In this document: positions 1 to 11,110 of the stretch, piece after piece | How positions within the stretch are numbered: the first letter of the stretch is position 1 | Layout: each line of letters begins with the position of its first letter | Assembly: GCA_963422645.2 (NCBI GenBank) | Contig: CAXXVO010000008.1 | Coordinates: 480,001 to 544,000 of the forward strand | Source: Alphaproteobacteria bacterium | Lineage (GTDB): Bacteria > Pseudomonadota > Alphaproteobacteria > UBA828 | Direction of reading: 5' to 3' | DNA: 64,000 bases | Notes under the pieces: generated by a model | Databases searched by the model: none | What the model was told of the DNA's origin: nothing | Seen by the model: only the letters and a program-made list of their open reading frames with translations | Program-made: the position numbers and the translations under genes

Positions 1-654
1 ATAGCGCGCGATGGCGGCCTCGAGCCCCGAGCGCGGGCTGGTCAAGAGCGGCACCTGGATGTCGGCGCAGCGGGCGAGCGCCGGAGTCATGGAGGCTTGG
101 GCGAGCACGATGGCGTCGGTCGAGGCGGCGGCCTCGTACAGGCCCTCGGCGATGATGCGCTCGTGACCCTCTGCATCGCCCGCCACCAGCCGGGCACGGG
201 CCTCGGCGAAGACGACGGAGCTGATCTCGACCTCCTTGCCGGCCCGGCGCGCGGCGTCGGCGACCAGATCGGCGGTGGGCCCAATGGTGGTGGCGAGCGT
301 CGCGGCAACGGTGATGCGCCGGCCGGCCATCACCGCCGCCTCGGCCATCGGCCGGTCGACCCGGAGGACCGGCACGTCCGCCTGCGCCGCCGCGTCGTCG
401 GCGCCAGGGCCAACGGTTGAACAGGTGCAGAGCACGAGTGCGGCGCCCTCGGTCGCCTCCAGCAGCGCCGCGCAAGTGCGCGCCCTGATCTCGTCGGACA
501 GTCCGCCCGCATCGATCGCGTCCGTCAGCAGTGCTGCCTGAACCACATGGCGCACCGGAACCTCGGGATCGATCTCGGCGCGCAGTTCATCGAACAGGTC
601 AATCAGCCCCGCCACCGTGTGGACCATGACCAACTCGCCAGTTCCGCCGCCCAT
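1..654 (-). CDS. Asp/Glu/hydantoin racemase family protein (3' end outside window)
   Basis: Manual translation from ATG at 654 (not in the ORF track): MGGGTGELVMVHTV...LCTCSTVG...VLRVDRPMA...IVLAQASM...LTSP; open to position 1. Confidence 0.8.
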   Translation of the reverse strand, partial: MGGGTGELVMVHTVAGLIDLFDELRAEIDPEVPVRHVVQAALLTDAIDAGGLSDEIRARTCAALLEATEGAALVLCTCSTVGPGADDAAAQADVPVLRVDRPMAEAAVMAGRRITVAATLATTIGPTADLVADAARRAGKEVEISSVVFAEARARLVAGDAEGHERIIAEGLYEAAASTDAIVLAQASMTPALARCADIQVPLLTSPRSGLEAAIARY

Positions 655-721
655 CGCCCCCTCCTTCGTAGTCCTGCGCCGTCCCTATCAGATGACACGA
701 TGACGGGAAAGCGCGCGGGCC

Positions 722-1522
722 TCACGCCCGCCAGACGACCGGGTACTGCGGGTCTTCGTGGAAGGGCTGGCCGGTGCGGAGCGCGGTGGGATGCTTGGGA
801 AACTCGGCCGGCGGGTCGCGCAGGATGAAGCACACATCGTCGCCGAGCCAACGGTGGGTCAGGGTGCGGCGGCGGGTGTCTTGCGTGGGGTTGTTGCGGC
901 CCTGGTGCACGACTAGCCCCTGGAAGAAGATGCAGTCTCCGGGTTCCAGCTCCCACGAGACGATGTCGTAGTCTTCGCGCGCGGCCTCGATATCCGGGCA
1001 GCGCTCGAACGCGGCGCTGGAATGGCGGGCGCCGTCCAACATGCTGTCGAAGGGCGCGAACCAGCGCCCCCAGAGGTGGGAGCCGCGCACGAACTCCAGC
1101 GTCGTCTCCGGCGTGATCGGGTCGAGCGGGATCCAGTTGGAGCAGAGCTGCTGGCCGTCCACCGCCATGTAGGGCTGGTCCTGGTGCCACTGGGTGAGGC
1201 CTTGGGTGCCCGGCTCCTTCACGAACACCTGGTCGTAGAAGAACGTGATCGTGGCTGCCTCTGAGAGCGCGGCGGCGATCGCGGCTAGCGGGCCTTCGAT
1301 GGCGAACTCCCTGAACACCGGCACGTGGCGCCAGAGATCGAAGTCGTTGAAGAAGAGGCCGGGGTCGGACTCCTCGGTGTAGATCTCGACATTGGGGCCG
1401 GGTGCCGCCATGTCGGCGGCGACGCCCTCGCGCAGGCGCTCAATCCAGTCCTGATCGATCACGCCGCGCAGACACACCGCCCCGTCGGTGCGATAGGCCT
1501 CGATTTCGGCTTGCGTCGGCAT
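722..1522 (-). CDS. Phytanoyl-CoA dioxygenase (PhyH) family 2OG/Fe(II) oxygenase
   Basis: WHQD iron motif, EPGDCIFF, distal His and Arg (VHQG...RR). Confidence 0.9.
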   Translation of the reverse strand: MPTQAEIEAYRTDGAVCLRGVIDQDWIERLREGVAADMAAPGPNVEIYTEESDPGLFFNDFDLWRHVPVFREFAIEGPLAAIAAALSEAATITFFYDQVFVKEPGTQGLTQWHQDQPYMAVDGQQLCSNWIPLDPITPETTLEFVRGSHLWGRWFAPFDSMLDGARHSSAAFERCPDIEAAREDYDIVSWELEPGDCIFFQGLVVHQGRNNPTQDTRRRTLTHRWLGDDVCFILRDPPAEFPKHPTALRTGQPFHEDPQYPVVWRA

Positions 1523-1706
1523 TGTGGCGCGCCCTCCGTCACCGCGGCCGAGTGTACCGCAGCGCGCAGCGCGCAGGCCAATCCTCGCGCCTGCCCTTCA
1601 CGACGCGACTTGAAATACGGCACGCCGCTGCGCACCTATGACGGCAACGCGATTCGTCGGATTCGCGTGCCTGGGCGTGAGCAGACCTGGAACGAGGGAA
1701 CAAGCA

Positions 1707-2342
1707 ATGATCGGCAGTGGAGTGGTGATGAGAATCGGTTCGGTGCGTGGCAGGTTCGGCCGGGTCGGCCTGACCGCCGCGGCACTGCTCGCCGTGGCGG
1801 TGATCGCCGTTGGCTGCGAGGTCCCGCTGCAGAGCCGCGACAGCACTCCCCCCTCCTTCGCGCACTTGCCGCCGCTGGTGTTCGACCTGGAGCGGATCGA
1901 GGTCGTTGAACGCGGGGCCGCGCCGCACCCCTCCGACGTCGACCACCTTTTCCCGATCCCGCCGGCGGTTGGCGCGCGGCTCTGGGTGGAGGACCGGCTG
2001 CGGGCGAGCGGCCACGTCGGCGTCCTGCGTGTGACCATCGAAGAAGCGAGCGCCAGAACGACACCCTTCGCGACCAATAAGGACCTCGAAGGCCTGCTGA
2101 CGGAAGAGCAGGCCGAGCGGATCGACCTTCGGCTGCGCGTGACCATCGAGGCGATAGACGGGAATGGCGAGGTGAACGGCAGCGCCACCGCCGAGGCCGA
2201 GCGCTCCCGCACGCTGCCCGAGGGCATCACTCTCGCAGAGCGCGAACGGCACTACGACGAGATCGTGGGAGCCCTGCTCCACGACTACAACGCGAGCCAG
2301 GAGGGTGCGATCCGGAAGTATCTGGGGCTCTACCTGCGGTAA
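1707..2342 (+). CDS. Putative lipoprotein
   Basis: Hydrophobic signal ending in lipobox AVGC; start codon uncertain (1638/1707/1728). Confidence 0.7.
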   Translation: MIGSGVVMRIGSVRGRFGRVGLTAAALLAVAVIAVGCEVPLQSRDSTPPSFAHLPPLVFDLERIEVVERGAAPHPSDVDHLFPIPPAVGARLWVEDRLRASGHVGVLRVTIEEASARTTPFATNKDLEGLLTEEQAERIDLRLRVTIEAIDGNGEVNGSATAEAERSRTLPEGITLAERERHYDEIVGALLHDYNASQEGAIRKYLGLYLR

Positions 2343-3069
2343 GGCTGTGAGGAGCGGCGGTGCGGGGTGGCAAGAACGCGATTGCGGTGGTGAACAGCAC
2401 CTAACGAATTCGATCTCAGGCCAGAGTGCGCCGGTCTTGCTCGTGGGACTTGGTGACAGCCTGACGCCACGGAAAGGAGCGAGACCCTGAGATGACCTCA
2501 ACTAGCCACGTTCCATCCTCCTTAAGCATCCATGGGGCGCTCTTAAAGGCTACTCCCCGTTGATCGGTAACCCAGGAGATTTCGACTCCGTTGCCAACCA
2601 TGGTGTAGCCTCGTCGCGAGGCATCTCGCATCGGTACGGGAACAGTCAACACAGCATTCCGAGCCTTCGGCGACTCGTCCAGCAGGCGTAACAAGACTGC
2701 AAATTCCTGTTGCTTTCCAGGATCTCTGGCTTGGAGCAAAGCCGTCAGTTTGGAAAGACGGGGCCCGAGGTCGACCATCTGGGTAATCGGGTCGCGGGCA
2801 ACCGCGCAGCGCCAAAGTACCGATAGAAAGAAGAGCTTGAGGTTGTGGTAGTCAAGGGAAGACCTTCGGATTGTGCGCTCATGGGCCCGTGTTTGGACTT
2901 GGTTGAGATTTACCAGAAACCGGGCGGCAACGTGTTCATAATCGGAAAATTTCTCCTCGCACCTTGAACACAGCATGTACTCTTTGAGATGTCCCGGCCG
3001 GGACTTGCCCTCCGAGTAGTCAACACGAATAGGTGTTCCGGGAGCCAGCCGCCCCATCGGTCGATACAT

Positions 3070-5584
3070 TCAGACTTCCTGACCTCGTGATGCTGGCTGT
3101 TCTGGGCAGCGTGCCGGGAACTCCTTGAATTCTGATACATTTCGGTTGTTTCAGGCGGTTTTTCGCTGGGTGTCGCGCCCGAGGTCTGATATTATAATTT
3201 GATACCAATTGCACGGTCTCAACCATGCCCAGTACCCTCCCAATGTGCCCTCCAGAGGCGGTCTCGATCGGCAACAGCTGCTTCGCCGTCCTGATCTCGG
3301 ACGACACCTTCACCTACTTTTCCAACCTCATTCCCTTTGACAGCCACGCCGCCGATGACCGCACGGCCATGCTCTTGCGGATCGGCCGCCTCGCGGCGAT
3401 CAGCGCGGTCTCGCCGCAGGAACTGGCTGACGCTTTCGCTGTCTCGCGCGCGACGGTGCAGCGCGCACGACGGCGCTACCTGGCCGAGGGCGAAGCGGGG
3501 TTCATGAAGCCCCGGCGCGGTCGCGGGCCGTCGGTGTTCACTCCGGAGTTGGCGGAGAAGGCGACGGCGTTGCTGGCATCGGGCCTGAGCGGCTCTGCGG
3601 CGGCCCGGGTTCTCGGCGTGTCAGCGCCATCGGTCAACAAGTGGCGCCGTCAGGGACTGATCGGCAACACGGAGGCGGATGGGGAGCCCGGACGCTCAGC
3701 GCTGGCTGCGCCGCCTGACGCGGGTGCGGCTCCTGAAGGCCGTGTCGATGAAGAGAGTACCGGTGCCCCGGGGCCGGAGACGGCGCCGGGGCTGGAAGCG
3801 CAGCCGCAAACGGATCGCAGCGCGCGCGATCGGCGGGACCGGCAGGCGCCGATGGGGCGTGCGACTTGCGATGTTCCGGCTCGGGTTCTGGCCAGTTGTG
3901 GACAGGCGGGGCCGGTCGAACCGCAGTTCGCCGCCGCCGCCCGCGGTGTCCGCTTCGGCGGCGTGCTCGCCGCCCTGCCGGCCCTGCTGAAGGAAGGTCT
4001 TCTCTCCGAGACCGGTCTCCTGCCATTGCTGCCGAAGGGCTATTACGGCTTGCCTACGATCCTGCTCTTCCTGGCCTTCATGACCTTGGCGCGGGTGCGC
4101 AACCCCGAGAGCCTGCGCTACCAGGCGCCGGGCGAATGGGGCGCCATTCTCGGCCTCGATCGCTGCCCCGAGGTCAAGACGCTGCGCCGCAAGATCGCTC
4201 TCATCGCCGACGACGAGGCCGGCGTGCGGGCGTGGCAGCTCGCCCTTGCCAGGCGCTGGCAGGCGCCGACGAGCCGGAGCTCTGGGCGACGCTGGCCATC
4301 GACGGGCACGTCAAGGTCTACTCCGGCCGCAAGGGGCGCTTGCCCAAGCACTTCGTCTCGCGCGAGAAGCTGTGCCTGCCGGCGAGCGCCAGCTACTGGA
4401 TCAACGCTCTGGGCGGCAAGCCGCTGCTCTGTCTGCACAAGCCGCTGGACCCGAAGATGGTCGCGGCCATCGAAGCCGACGTGGTGCCGGCGCTGCAGGA
4501 GCTTGGGATCGTTGGCGCCGGGGCGCCGGACCTGACCGCCGAGCATCCCGGCCAGCCGGCGCTCACCCTGGTCTTCGACCGCGAGGGCTGGAGCCCGGAT
4601 CTGTTCCGCCGGCTGGCGAGGCGCGGCGTCGCCTGCCTGACCTGGCACAAGAACTTCAGGGGCGAGGACTGGCCGGCCGAGGACTTCGGCGCGATGACCG
4701 TTCCCATTCACGGACCGGCGGCGGACGGCAGCGCCACCATGCGGCTGGCTGAGAAGCCGGTGACGTTGCCGAACGGCTTCAGGGTGCGCCAGATCCGCCG
4801 CCTGCTCGACAACGGCCGTCAGGTGCCGCTGATCACCACCGATCCGCACAAGCCGATGGCTGAGGTTGCGGGCGCCATGTTCTCGCGCTGGTCGCAGGAG
4901 AACTTCTTCAAGTACATGCGTGACGAGTTCAATCTCGACGCCCTGCCGACCCACGAGCTCGAGCCTCTCGATCCCGCCGCCATGGTCGTCAACCCGCTGC
5001 GGCGGGCCTATGACAAGGCAATCCATCGCCTCGACCGCCAGCTTGGCCGCCTGCGCAACCGCATCGCCGACACGGCCCGGAAGAAGCAGCCGACGGCGGA
5101 ACTCAGGAGGGAAGTCAGGGACCTCCAGGATGTCCGCGACATCGTCAGGGCCAGCCGCAGGGAGACGCCCAAGCACTGCCGGGCCGGCGACCTCGACGAA
5201 GCCGAGCAGCTCGATGCCTTGCCCGCGCGCGAGCGCCTCCTCCTCGACGTCATCCGGATGATCGCCTACCGCGCCGAAACCCGCATGATGCTTCCCGTCA
5301 TGCAGGCGCAGGGCCACAAGCCCCATCCCCGGAAACTGCTTCAAGCGCTGCTCACCGCCGATGCCGACATCCTGCCGGATCCTGGCAATGGCCTCCTGCG
5401 GGTCCACATTCTTGGCCTCGCAAACGACGCCTGCGACCGTTGGATCGATGCGGTTCTGAGCGACCTGAACGCCACCGAAACGGTCTTCCCCGGCACCCGT
5501 CTGCGCATAGTCTACGACATCGACGGGGCCTCGGAATCCGCGCGGCTCGTGTCACCTAAAATCAGCAGAGGTCAGGAAGTCTGA
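3070..5584 (+). mobile_element. Insertion sequence of unclassified DDE type; 17-bp TIRs, 3-bp TSD
   Basis: Perfect TIR TCAGACTTCCTGACCTC at both ends; CAT duplicated at 3067-3069 and 5585-5587. Confidence 0.9.
3225..5584 (+). pseudogene. Putative transposase, frameshifted near 4262
   Basis: N-terminal HTH ORF 3225-4535 switches to frame 3866-5584 containing IDGH, VFDREG, RWSQENFFK; the stop TGA forms the last 3 nt of the right TIR. Confidence 0.75.
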
Positions 5585-5795
5585 CATTAGGCGAGGGATG
5601 ACGTGGGAATGAAGGAGCCGGGACGGAACCTGGCAAAGGCGACAGTCCTCGAGAGCAGCTTCAAGATCGCGGGATGTACGGGCCTTCATCTGTCAAATTT
5701 TCTTTCAGTCTAGATACCTCAACCATGTGGCCTGACCTCCCAAGACAAGCGGCGCAACCGTAGGCGCAAAGCGCAGTACTCGGTGTGCGCCTCCC

Positions 5796-6836
5796 CTATC
5801 CGCCGACCACTGCCTCGAGCGCCTCGCCTGCCGCATCGACCGCTGCCGCATCGACATCGAGGTGCGTGACCGCGCGCAACCGATGGCGGTCCATGGCGCC
5901 GATCAGCACGCCCTTGGCCCGTAGCGCGTCCGAAAGATCGGCCGCGCTCAGCCCGGTCTCGGCACAATCGAAGAAGACCAGGTTGCTGTCGACTCGCACT
6001 TGGTCGAGGGTGAGCTGCGGCAGCGCGCGCACCTTGTCGGCGAGGCTGCGGGCGTTGGCGTGATCCTCGGCGAGGCGCGCGACATGGTGGTCGAGCGCAT
6101 AAAGCCCGGCGGCGGCGAGGATGCCGGATTGGCGCATGGAGCCGCCGAGGCGCTGCTTCCACTGCCAGGCTGCCTCGATGAACTCGGCGGAGCCGGCGAG
6201 CACGGCGCCGACCGGGCAGCCAAGCCCCTTGCTGAAGTCCACCCACACGGAATCGAAGGGGGCGGCGTAGTGGGCAGCGTCCACGCCCGATTCGACCACC
6301 GCGTTGAGGAGCCGTGCGCCATCCATGTGGAGCGCGAGCCCGTGTGCCCTGGCGGTCTCGCCCACAGCCTCGATGGTCTCGAGCGGCCAGATCGTGCCGC
6401 CGCCCTGATTCGAGGTCTGCTCGACCACGGCGAGGCGCGAGCGCGGCGCATAGCGGCTCACGGCGCGGACCGCATCGGCAAGCTGTTCCGGCGAGTAGAC
6501 GCCGGCCTCGCCGTCGAGGGGGCGCACCATGGCGCCGGCGAGCGCAGCCGGGCCGCCGCCTTCCGACGTGATGATGTGCGCCGTGTGGTCGCAGATCACC
6601 TCCTCGCCGGGGCGGCAGTGCACCAGCAGCGCGATCTCGTTGCACATGGAGCCGGACGGCAGGAAGACCCCCACCTCCTTGCCCAGCATCGCGGCCACGC
6701 GCGCCTGCAGTGCGTTGACGGTAGGGTCCTCGCCGCGCTGCTCGTCGCCGACCTCGGCCTCGGCCATGGCCTGGCGCATGGCCGCCGTCGGCCGCGTGAC
6801 CGTGTCGCTTCTGAGATCGACGTGATTGCCCGACAT
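5796..6836 (-). CDS. ltaE: Low-specificity L-threonine aldolase
   Basis: DLRSDTVTRPT, HMDGARL, FSKGLGCPVG (PLP Lys). Confidence 0.92.
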   Translation of the reverse strand: MSGNHVDLRSDTVTRPTAAMRQAMAEAEVGDEQRGEDPTVNALQARVAAMLGKEVGVFLPSGSMCNEIALLVHCRPGEEVICDHTAHIITSEGGGPAALAGAMVRPLDGEAGVYSPEQLADAVRAVSRYAPRSRLAVVEQTSNQGGGTIWPLETIEAVGETARAHGLALHMDGARLLNAVVESGVDAAHYAAPFDSVWVDFSKGLGCPVGAVLAGSAEFIEAAWQWKQRLGGSMRQSGILAAAGLYALDHHVARLAEDHANARSLADKVRALPQLTLDQVRVDSNLVFFDCAETGLSAADLSDALRAKGVLIGAMDRHRLRAVTHLDVDAAAVDAAGEALEAVVGG

Positions 6837-6974
6837 GCTGCTCTCCCCATTATCAGCGCGTTTGCGGCGCAATGATGCCACCGAGCCGGCGCCGGCTACA
6901 GCCCCACTTCACCCGCATTGCCTCCCGGGTGCCCTCCTATGCGTTGCGCGCGCCAGTCGCTATGGTCGAGCGCC

Positions 6975-8228
6975 GTGCCGCCCGCCGCTCCCTCACCCTC
7001 TGTGCCGCCCCACCAACATGGCTACCGCTGGGCCATGCTGGGCGGGGTCTGGCTGATCTATTTCGGCTTCGGCCTGCTGTCGCTGGCGATGGCGCCGCTG
7101 GTGGACCCTATCAGCCGCGACCTCGGCCTCAGCTACACGACCATGGGCGCCATCCTGGGCGCCTGGCCGCTTGTCTATATCGTGGCGGCCGCGCCCTGCG
7201 GGGCTTTCGTCGACCGTGTGGGGCTCAAGTGGTCCCTCTTCCTCGCCGCCCTCATCATCACCGCATCGGGCGGATTGCGTGTCGTCGCCTTCGACGCGGT
7301 CTCGATGTTCGTGGCGGTCGGGCTGTTCGGCATCGGCGGGCCGCTCGTCTCGATCGGCGCACCGAAGGCCATCGCACAATGGTTCGAGGGTGCCGAGCGC
7401 GGCTTCGCCCTGGGCGTCTACATCACGGGCCCCTTCCTCGGACACATACTCGCGCTGGTGCTGACCAACAGCGTCCTGATGCCGCTGCTCGACGGGAACT
7501 GGCGTCAGGTCCTGCTGATCTATTCCGGCCTCATGCTCGCCGCCGGCATCGCCTGGTTCCTGCTCGGGAGTCACCCGATCAACCGCGTGGTCGAGCAGGC
7601 CGGGCGCCGCCGCGAGACCATCGCGGGCCAGATTGCCGTCTTCGCTGCGCTGCTACGCCTGCCGAGCATTCAAGTCATCCTGGCGATGAGCATCGGCGCC
7701 TTCTTTCTTCATCATGCGCTCGCCAACTGGCTGCCGGAGATGCTGCGCACGGGCGGCATGGCGCCGGACGAGGCCGGCATATGGTCGGCCCTGCCCACGG
7801 CCGTCGGGATCGTCGGTGCGTTGTTGATCCCCAGGCTCGCGACATCGCCCAGACGCTTCGCGATCCTGATCGCGCTCTCGCTTTGCATCGGCGCAGGCGC
7901 GCTGCTGCTGCTGGCCACAGGCGTGCCGGCGCTGGTGGTGGCGATGGTGCTGCAGGGCATTGGCCGCGGCACGCTGATTGCCGTCCTGATCCTGGTCCTG
8001 ATGGAGACGCGCGGCGTCGACCCGCGCAACACCGGGGCAGCGGTCGGCCTGTTCTTCTCGGCAGCGGAGATCGGCGGCGTGCTGGGGCCGCTCGTGATCG
8101 GCGCGATGTGGGACCTGACAGGCGGATTCGACGCGGGCCTATGGCTCCTTGGCGCCGTGAGCCTCGCTCTCGTCGGGCTGCTCTACCTCCACCGGGGCAT
8201 CGAGCGACGCGATATCGCCGCGGCTTAG
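6975..8228 (+). CDS. MFS transporter
   Basis: About 12 hydrophobic segments, GAFVDRVGLK motif A, WFEGAERG; start uncertain. Confidence 0.88.
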   Translation: MPPAAPSPSVPPHQHGYRWAMLGGVWLIYFGFGLLSLAMAPLVDPISRDLGLSYTTMGAILGAWPLVYIVAAAPCGAFVDRVGLKWSLFLAALIITASGGLRVVAFDAVSMFVAVGLFGIGGPLVSIGAPKAIAQWFEGAERGFALGVYITGPFLGHILALVLTNSVLMPLLDGNWRQVLLIYSGLMLAAGIAWFLLGSHPINRVVEQAGRRRETIAGQIAVFAALLRLPSIQVILAMSIGAFFLHHALANWLPEMLRTGGMAPDEAGIWSALPTAVGIVGALLIPRLATSPRRFAILIALSLCIGAGALLLLATGVPALVVAMVLQGIGRGTLIAVLILVLMETRGVDPRNTGAAVGLFFSAAEIGGVLGPLVIGAMWDLTGGFDAGLWLLGAVSLALVGLLYLHRGIERRDIAAA

Positions 8229-8237
8229 CTCCTAGCC

Positions 8238-9551
8238 TTACTCCGCCGCGGCGGCCACCCGGCGTGCTGCCCCGCGCCGCGGCTGGGGCGGCTTGTGGTA
8301 CGCGCCGTCCTTCATGACCATGAGGATGTTGTTCTTGTCCTGGAAGAGCGTGAGGTCCGCCAGCGGATCGCCGTCGATCATGATGAGATCGGCGAGGTAG
8401 CCTTCCTTGACCTCCCCCATCTCGGGAATGCCACTGCCCTGCGCGTTGGCGAAGGCGTAGAGCTCGCCGCCCAGCTTCGTGGCCGCGTGCAACACCTCGG
8501 CCGGGGTGAAATCGAAGTAGTTCACGAAGTGCTCGAAGTCCCGCGCGTCCGTCCCGTGGGGCACCCAGGCGAAGGCATAGTCGCCGAAGGGCAGCACGCG
8601 GACGCCGCGGGCGTGCAGCTTCTTCACGGTTTCGCTGACGATGGTGAGCTCGTGGTGGTGGCGGAGCGCGATCTCGCTCTCCGGCGGCATGCCGAATTCG
8701 GCGGACTCGTAGGCCGTGTTGTGGGTAATGCCGATCGCCGGCACGACAAAGACCTCGTCCTTGGCTTCAACCAGCATGTCGATGGTCTCGTCGTCGGCAT
8801 AAGTCGCGTGGTGGATGATGTTGATGCCGTACTTCAGGCAGAGCCTGACCGATTCCGCGGTCCGCGCGTGGGCACAGACGCGCCGGTTGCGCTGCTCGGC
8901 GACCTGGCAGACCGCCGCGACCTCCTCTTCCGTCATGACGGTCGTGTCGCCCCTGCCGTAGGGGTAAATGAACTCGTCGCCCGACGGCATGATCTTGAGG
9001 ATGTCGACGCCTTCGCGGCACAGCATCCGCGCGGTCTGGCGGAACTGCTCCTCCCCGTCGCATATGATCGAGAAGGCCCCGTGATGCATGTGGAGCTGGC
9101 GCGCGTCGCCCAGGCCGCCGGTGACCGTGAGCTCCGGCGAGGCCGCGAGGACGCGGGGCCCCTCCATCCTGCCCGCGTTGATTTCGTTGCGGATTACGAT
9201 GTCCATGCGAGTCTTGCCCGTCGCGGCGCAGACCAGGGCCGTGAAGCCGTGGTCGTGGAGGATCTGGGCATGGCGCATCGTGATGAGCGTGTTCTCCTCG
9301 GGCGGGGTATCGCCGAGGGAGTAGAGGGACGTCCCCTCCTCCGAATAGCCGATGTGAGAGTGACCGTTGACGAGGCCCGGCATCAGCGTCGCGCCACCGC
9401 CGTCCACCACCTCCGCGCCGTTCCGCTCGACGCGCTTCTTGCCCTTGACCACCTTCTTGATGCGGTTGCCCTGGACCAGGACCTCGCCCCGGTAGGACTT
9501 CTTGCCGGAGCCGTCGAATATCGAAATGTTGGTGAATAGCGTCTGCGTCAT
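8238..9551 (-). CDS. Metal-dependent amidohydrolase
   Basis: TLMPGLVNGHSH, AHAR, ADLIMIDGDP. Confidence 0.88.
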   Translation of the reverse strand: MTQTLFTNISIFDGSGKKSYRGEVLVQGNRIKKVVKGKKRVERNGAEVVDGGGATLMPGLVNGHSHIGYSEEGTSLYSLGDTPPEENTLITMRHAQILHDHGFTALVCAATGKTRMDIVIRNEINAGRMEGPRVLAASPELTVTGGLGDARQLHMHHGAFSIICDGEEQFRQTARMLCREGVDILKIMPSGDEFIYPYGRGDTTVMTEEEVAAVCQVAEQRNRRVCAHARTAESVRLCLKYGINIIHHATYADDETIDMLVEAKDEVFVVPAIGITHNTAYESAEFGMPPESEIALRHHHELTIVSETVKKLHARGVRVLPFGDYAFAWVPHGTDARDFEHFVNYFDFTPAEVLHAATKLGGELYAFANAQGSGIPEMGEVKEGYLADLIMIDGDPLADLTLFQDKNNILMVMKDGAYHKPPQPRRGAARRVAAAAE

Positions 9552-9779
9552 GGTCGCCCCCTTGCCCACTCGACTGACGGCGTTGGGAGGAGCGCACCGG
9601 GCTCATCTTGTTATTGTTTGCGTCGGCGCTCCGCTGCGCCCGCATCGCCGCTCGTGCGACGAACGCGAGCCCGCACCTGCCAGCCGATCCAACCGACGTC
9701 CATCCAATGCACCCCGGTTGCTCTACTCAGTGTAGCCCCATGCCGAAGCCGCAACAATCGAAAGCCGGGTCGCGCGGCC

Positions 9780-10415
9780 TCAGGCCGGGGCGAGCACGAA
9801 GTCGAAGCGCCCACGCCAGCTATCGTTGGCGCGGTCGAGGCGCATCACGAGGTCGTCCCGGAATATCCGGTCGCCGGCGTTGACCTCTACCAGGTCCGCA
9901 AAGAAGAGCTGGGTGGTGAGCACGCTGGTCGCCTCGCCCTGCACCTTCACATGAATGTGCGGCGTGCGGCCCGGATAGAGCCCCGGCCGGATGGTCTCGA
10001 AGCGGAATGCGCCGGAGGCATCGGTGAACTGATGCCCGCGATAGCCGAAGCCCCGATTGTCGTAGTGGCCCAGCTCATCACAGTGCCAGATGTCGATCAC
10101 GGCACCGGCCAGCGGCCGGCAATCGTGCGCGAGCACCAATCCTTCGAAGACCAGCGGCTCTCCCATCGTATCCGGCTCGCGCAGGGTACCCCGCTGCGGC
10201 GTCTGCGGGGTATAGAAGGGCCCAGCCGTCCGGGTGCGCGTGCCGGGCGTGCATTCCGCAGGCGGCGCGAGCGCGAGCCCGCGCTCGGCGGCCGGGCCCG
10301 AGAATGTATAGCCCAGGGAGGCCCAGCCGGTGCAGGCGGCGAAGGGCGTCGCCGCGGCGCTTCCGGCGGCGGCGAGGGCGGTCAGTGCCAAGCGGCGAGT
10401 GACGAAGCGGTTCAT
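9780..10415 (-). CDS. Intradiol ring-cleavage dioxygenase-like protein with Tat-like signal
   Basis: GPFY, IWHCD..GHY, PGLYPGRTPHIH ligand motifs; TRRLAL N-terminus. Confidence 0.85.
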   Translation of the reverse strand: MNRFVTRRLALTALAAAGSAAATPFAACTGWASLGYTFSGPAAERGLALAPPAECTPGTRTRTAGPFYTPQTPQRGTLREPDTMGEPLVFEGLVLAHDCRPLAGAVIDIWHCDELGHYDNRGFGYRGHQFTDASGAFRFETIRPGLYPGRTPHIHVKVQGEATSVLTTQLFFADLVEVNAGDRIFRDDLVMRLDRANDSWRGRFDFVLAPA

Positions 10416-10524
10416 CGTCCGCACAGGGTAGCCGGTCCTGGTCCGCAATTCTAACCATGGTCGTGGTCTGCGGTGAGACATGCGGGTTAAGCTCTGCGCA
10501 ACGTATCAGGGGGAGACGACCGCA

Positions 10525-11100
10525 ATGCCAGCCATCGATCCGAACAAGGTGCAGTTCACCGGAGAGAATTCCTTCTTGAGGCTCAGGACCGAAGCCGATG
10601 GGCCGGAGACCACCGTCTGCGCCCACTGGCGCACGCTGATCTCGCCGGCCGGCCCCGGCACCTGCCTCTTCCTCCGCTCCGACGCGACCGGCGGCGAGGT
10701 CAAGCTCTATGCCGACAACATCGGTATGGCGCGATGGATTCAGGGCGAGTTCGAGTCGATCCTGAACCCGCCCTTTGCCGACACCGCCACGCCCATCGCC
10801 GAGGCGGCGTTTTCGCACGAGGGCGCTTTCCGCTCCATCTATCGAGAGATCGTCGACTCGGCCGACGGCCGCATCGAGTTGAGCTGGTCGGACATGGACG
10901 AGCCCTTCATGCTGACGCTGCCGCCGGACAACCCCGACACCGGGCCGTGGGCGGTCTACAGCTGCCTCACGCCGTGTCGGACCGCGACGCTGGAGGTCGC
11001 GGGAACGCGTGCCCAGGGCGGAGCTTATGAGAATGTCATGTTCGGGCGCCCGTCGAGCTCCTGCTGCCTGGCCTGGTCCGAAACCTGGCTGCGCGGCTGA
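10525..11100 (+). CDS. Hypothetical protein
   Basis: GGGGAG RBS, strong GC3 bias, 10 nt upstream of the asparaginase. Confidence 0.75.
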   Translation: MPAIDPNKVQFTGENSFLRLRTEADGPETTVCAHWRTLISPAGPGTCLFLRSDATGGEVKLYADNIGMARWIQGEFESILNPPFADTATPIAEAAFSHEGAFRSIYREIVDSADGRIELSWSDMDEPFMLTLPPDNPDTGPWAVYSCLTPCRTATLEVAGTRAQGGAYENVMFGRPSSSCCLAWSETWLRG

Positions 11101-11110
11101 GGCACCCGTC

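Larger units (their letters stand above)
2416..5689 (-). pseudogene. Lower-GC zinc-binding HNH-like protein interrupted by IS at 3070-5584
   Basis: Removing the IS and one CAT joins MKARTSRDLEAALEDCRLCQVPSRLLHSHVIPRLM (5689-5585) in frame to YRPMG...LCSRCEEKFS; CxxC...SHxxP...LCxxCE pattern. Confidence 0.75.
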
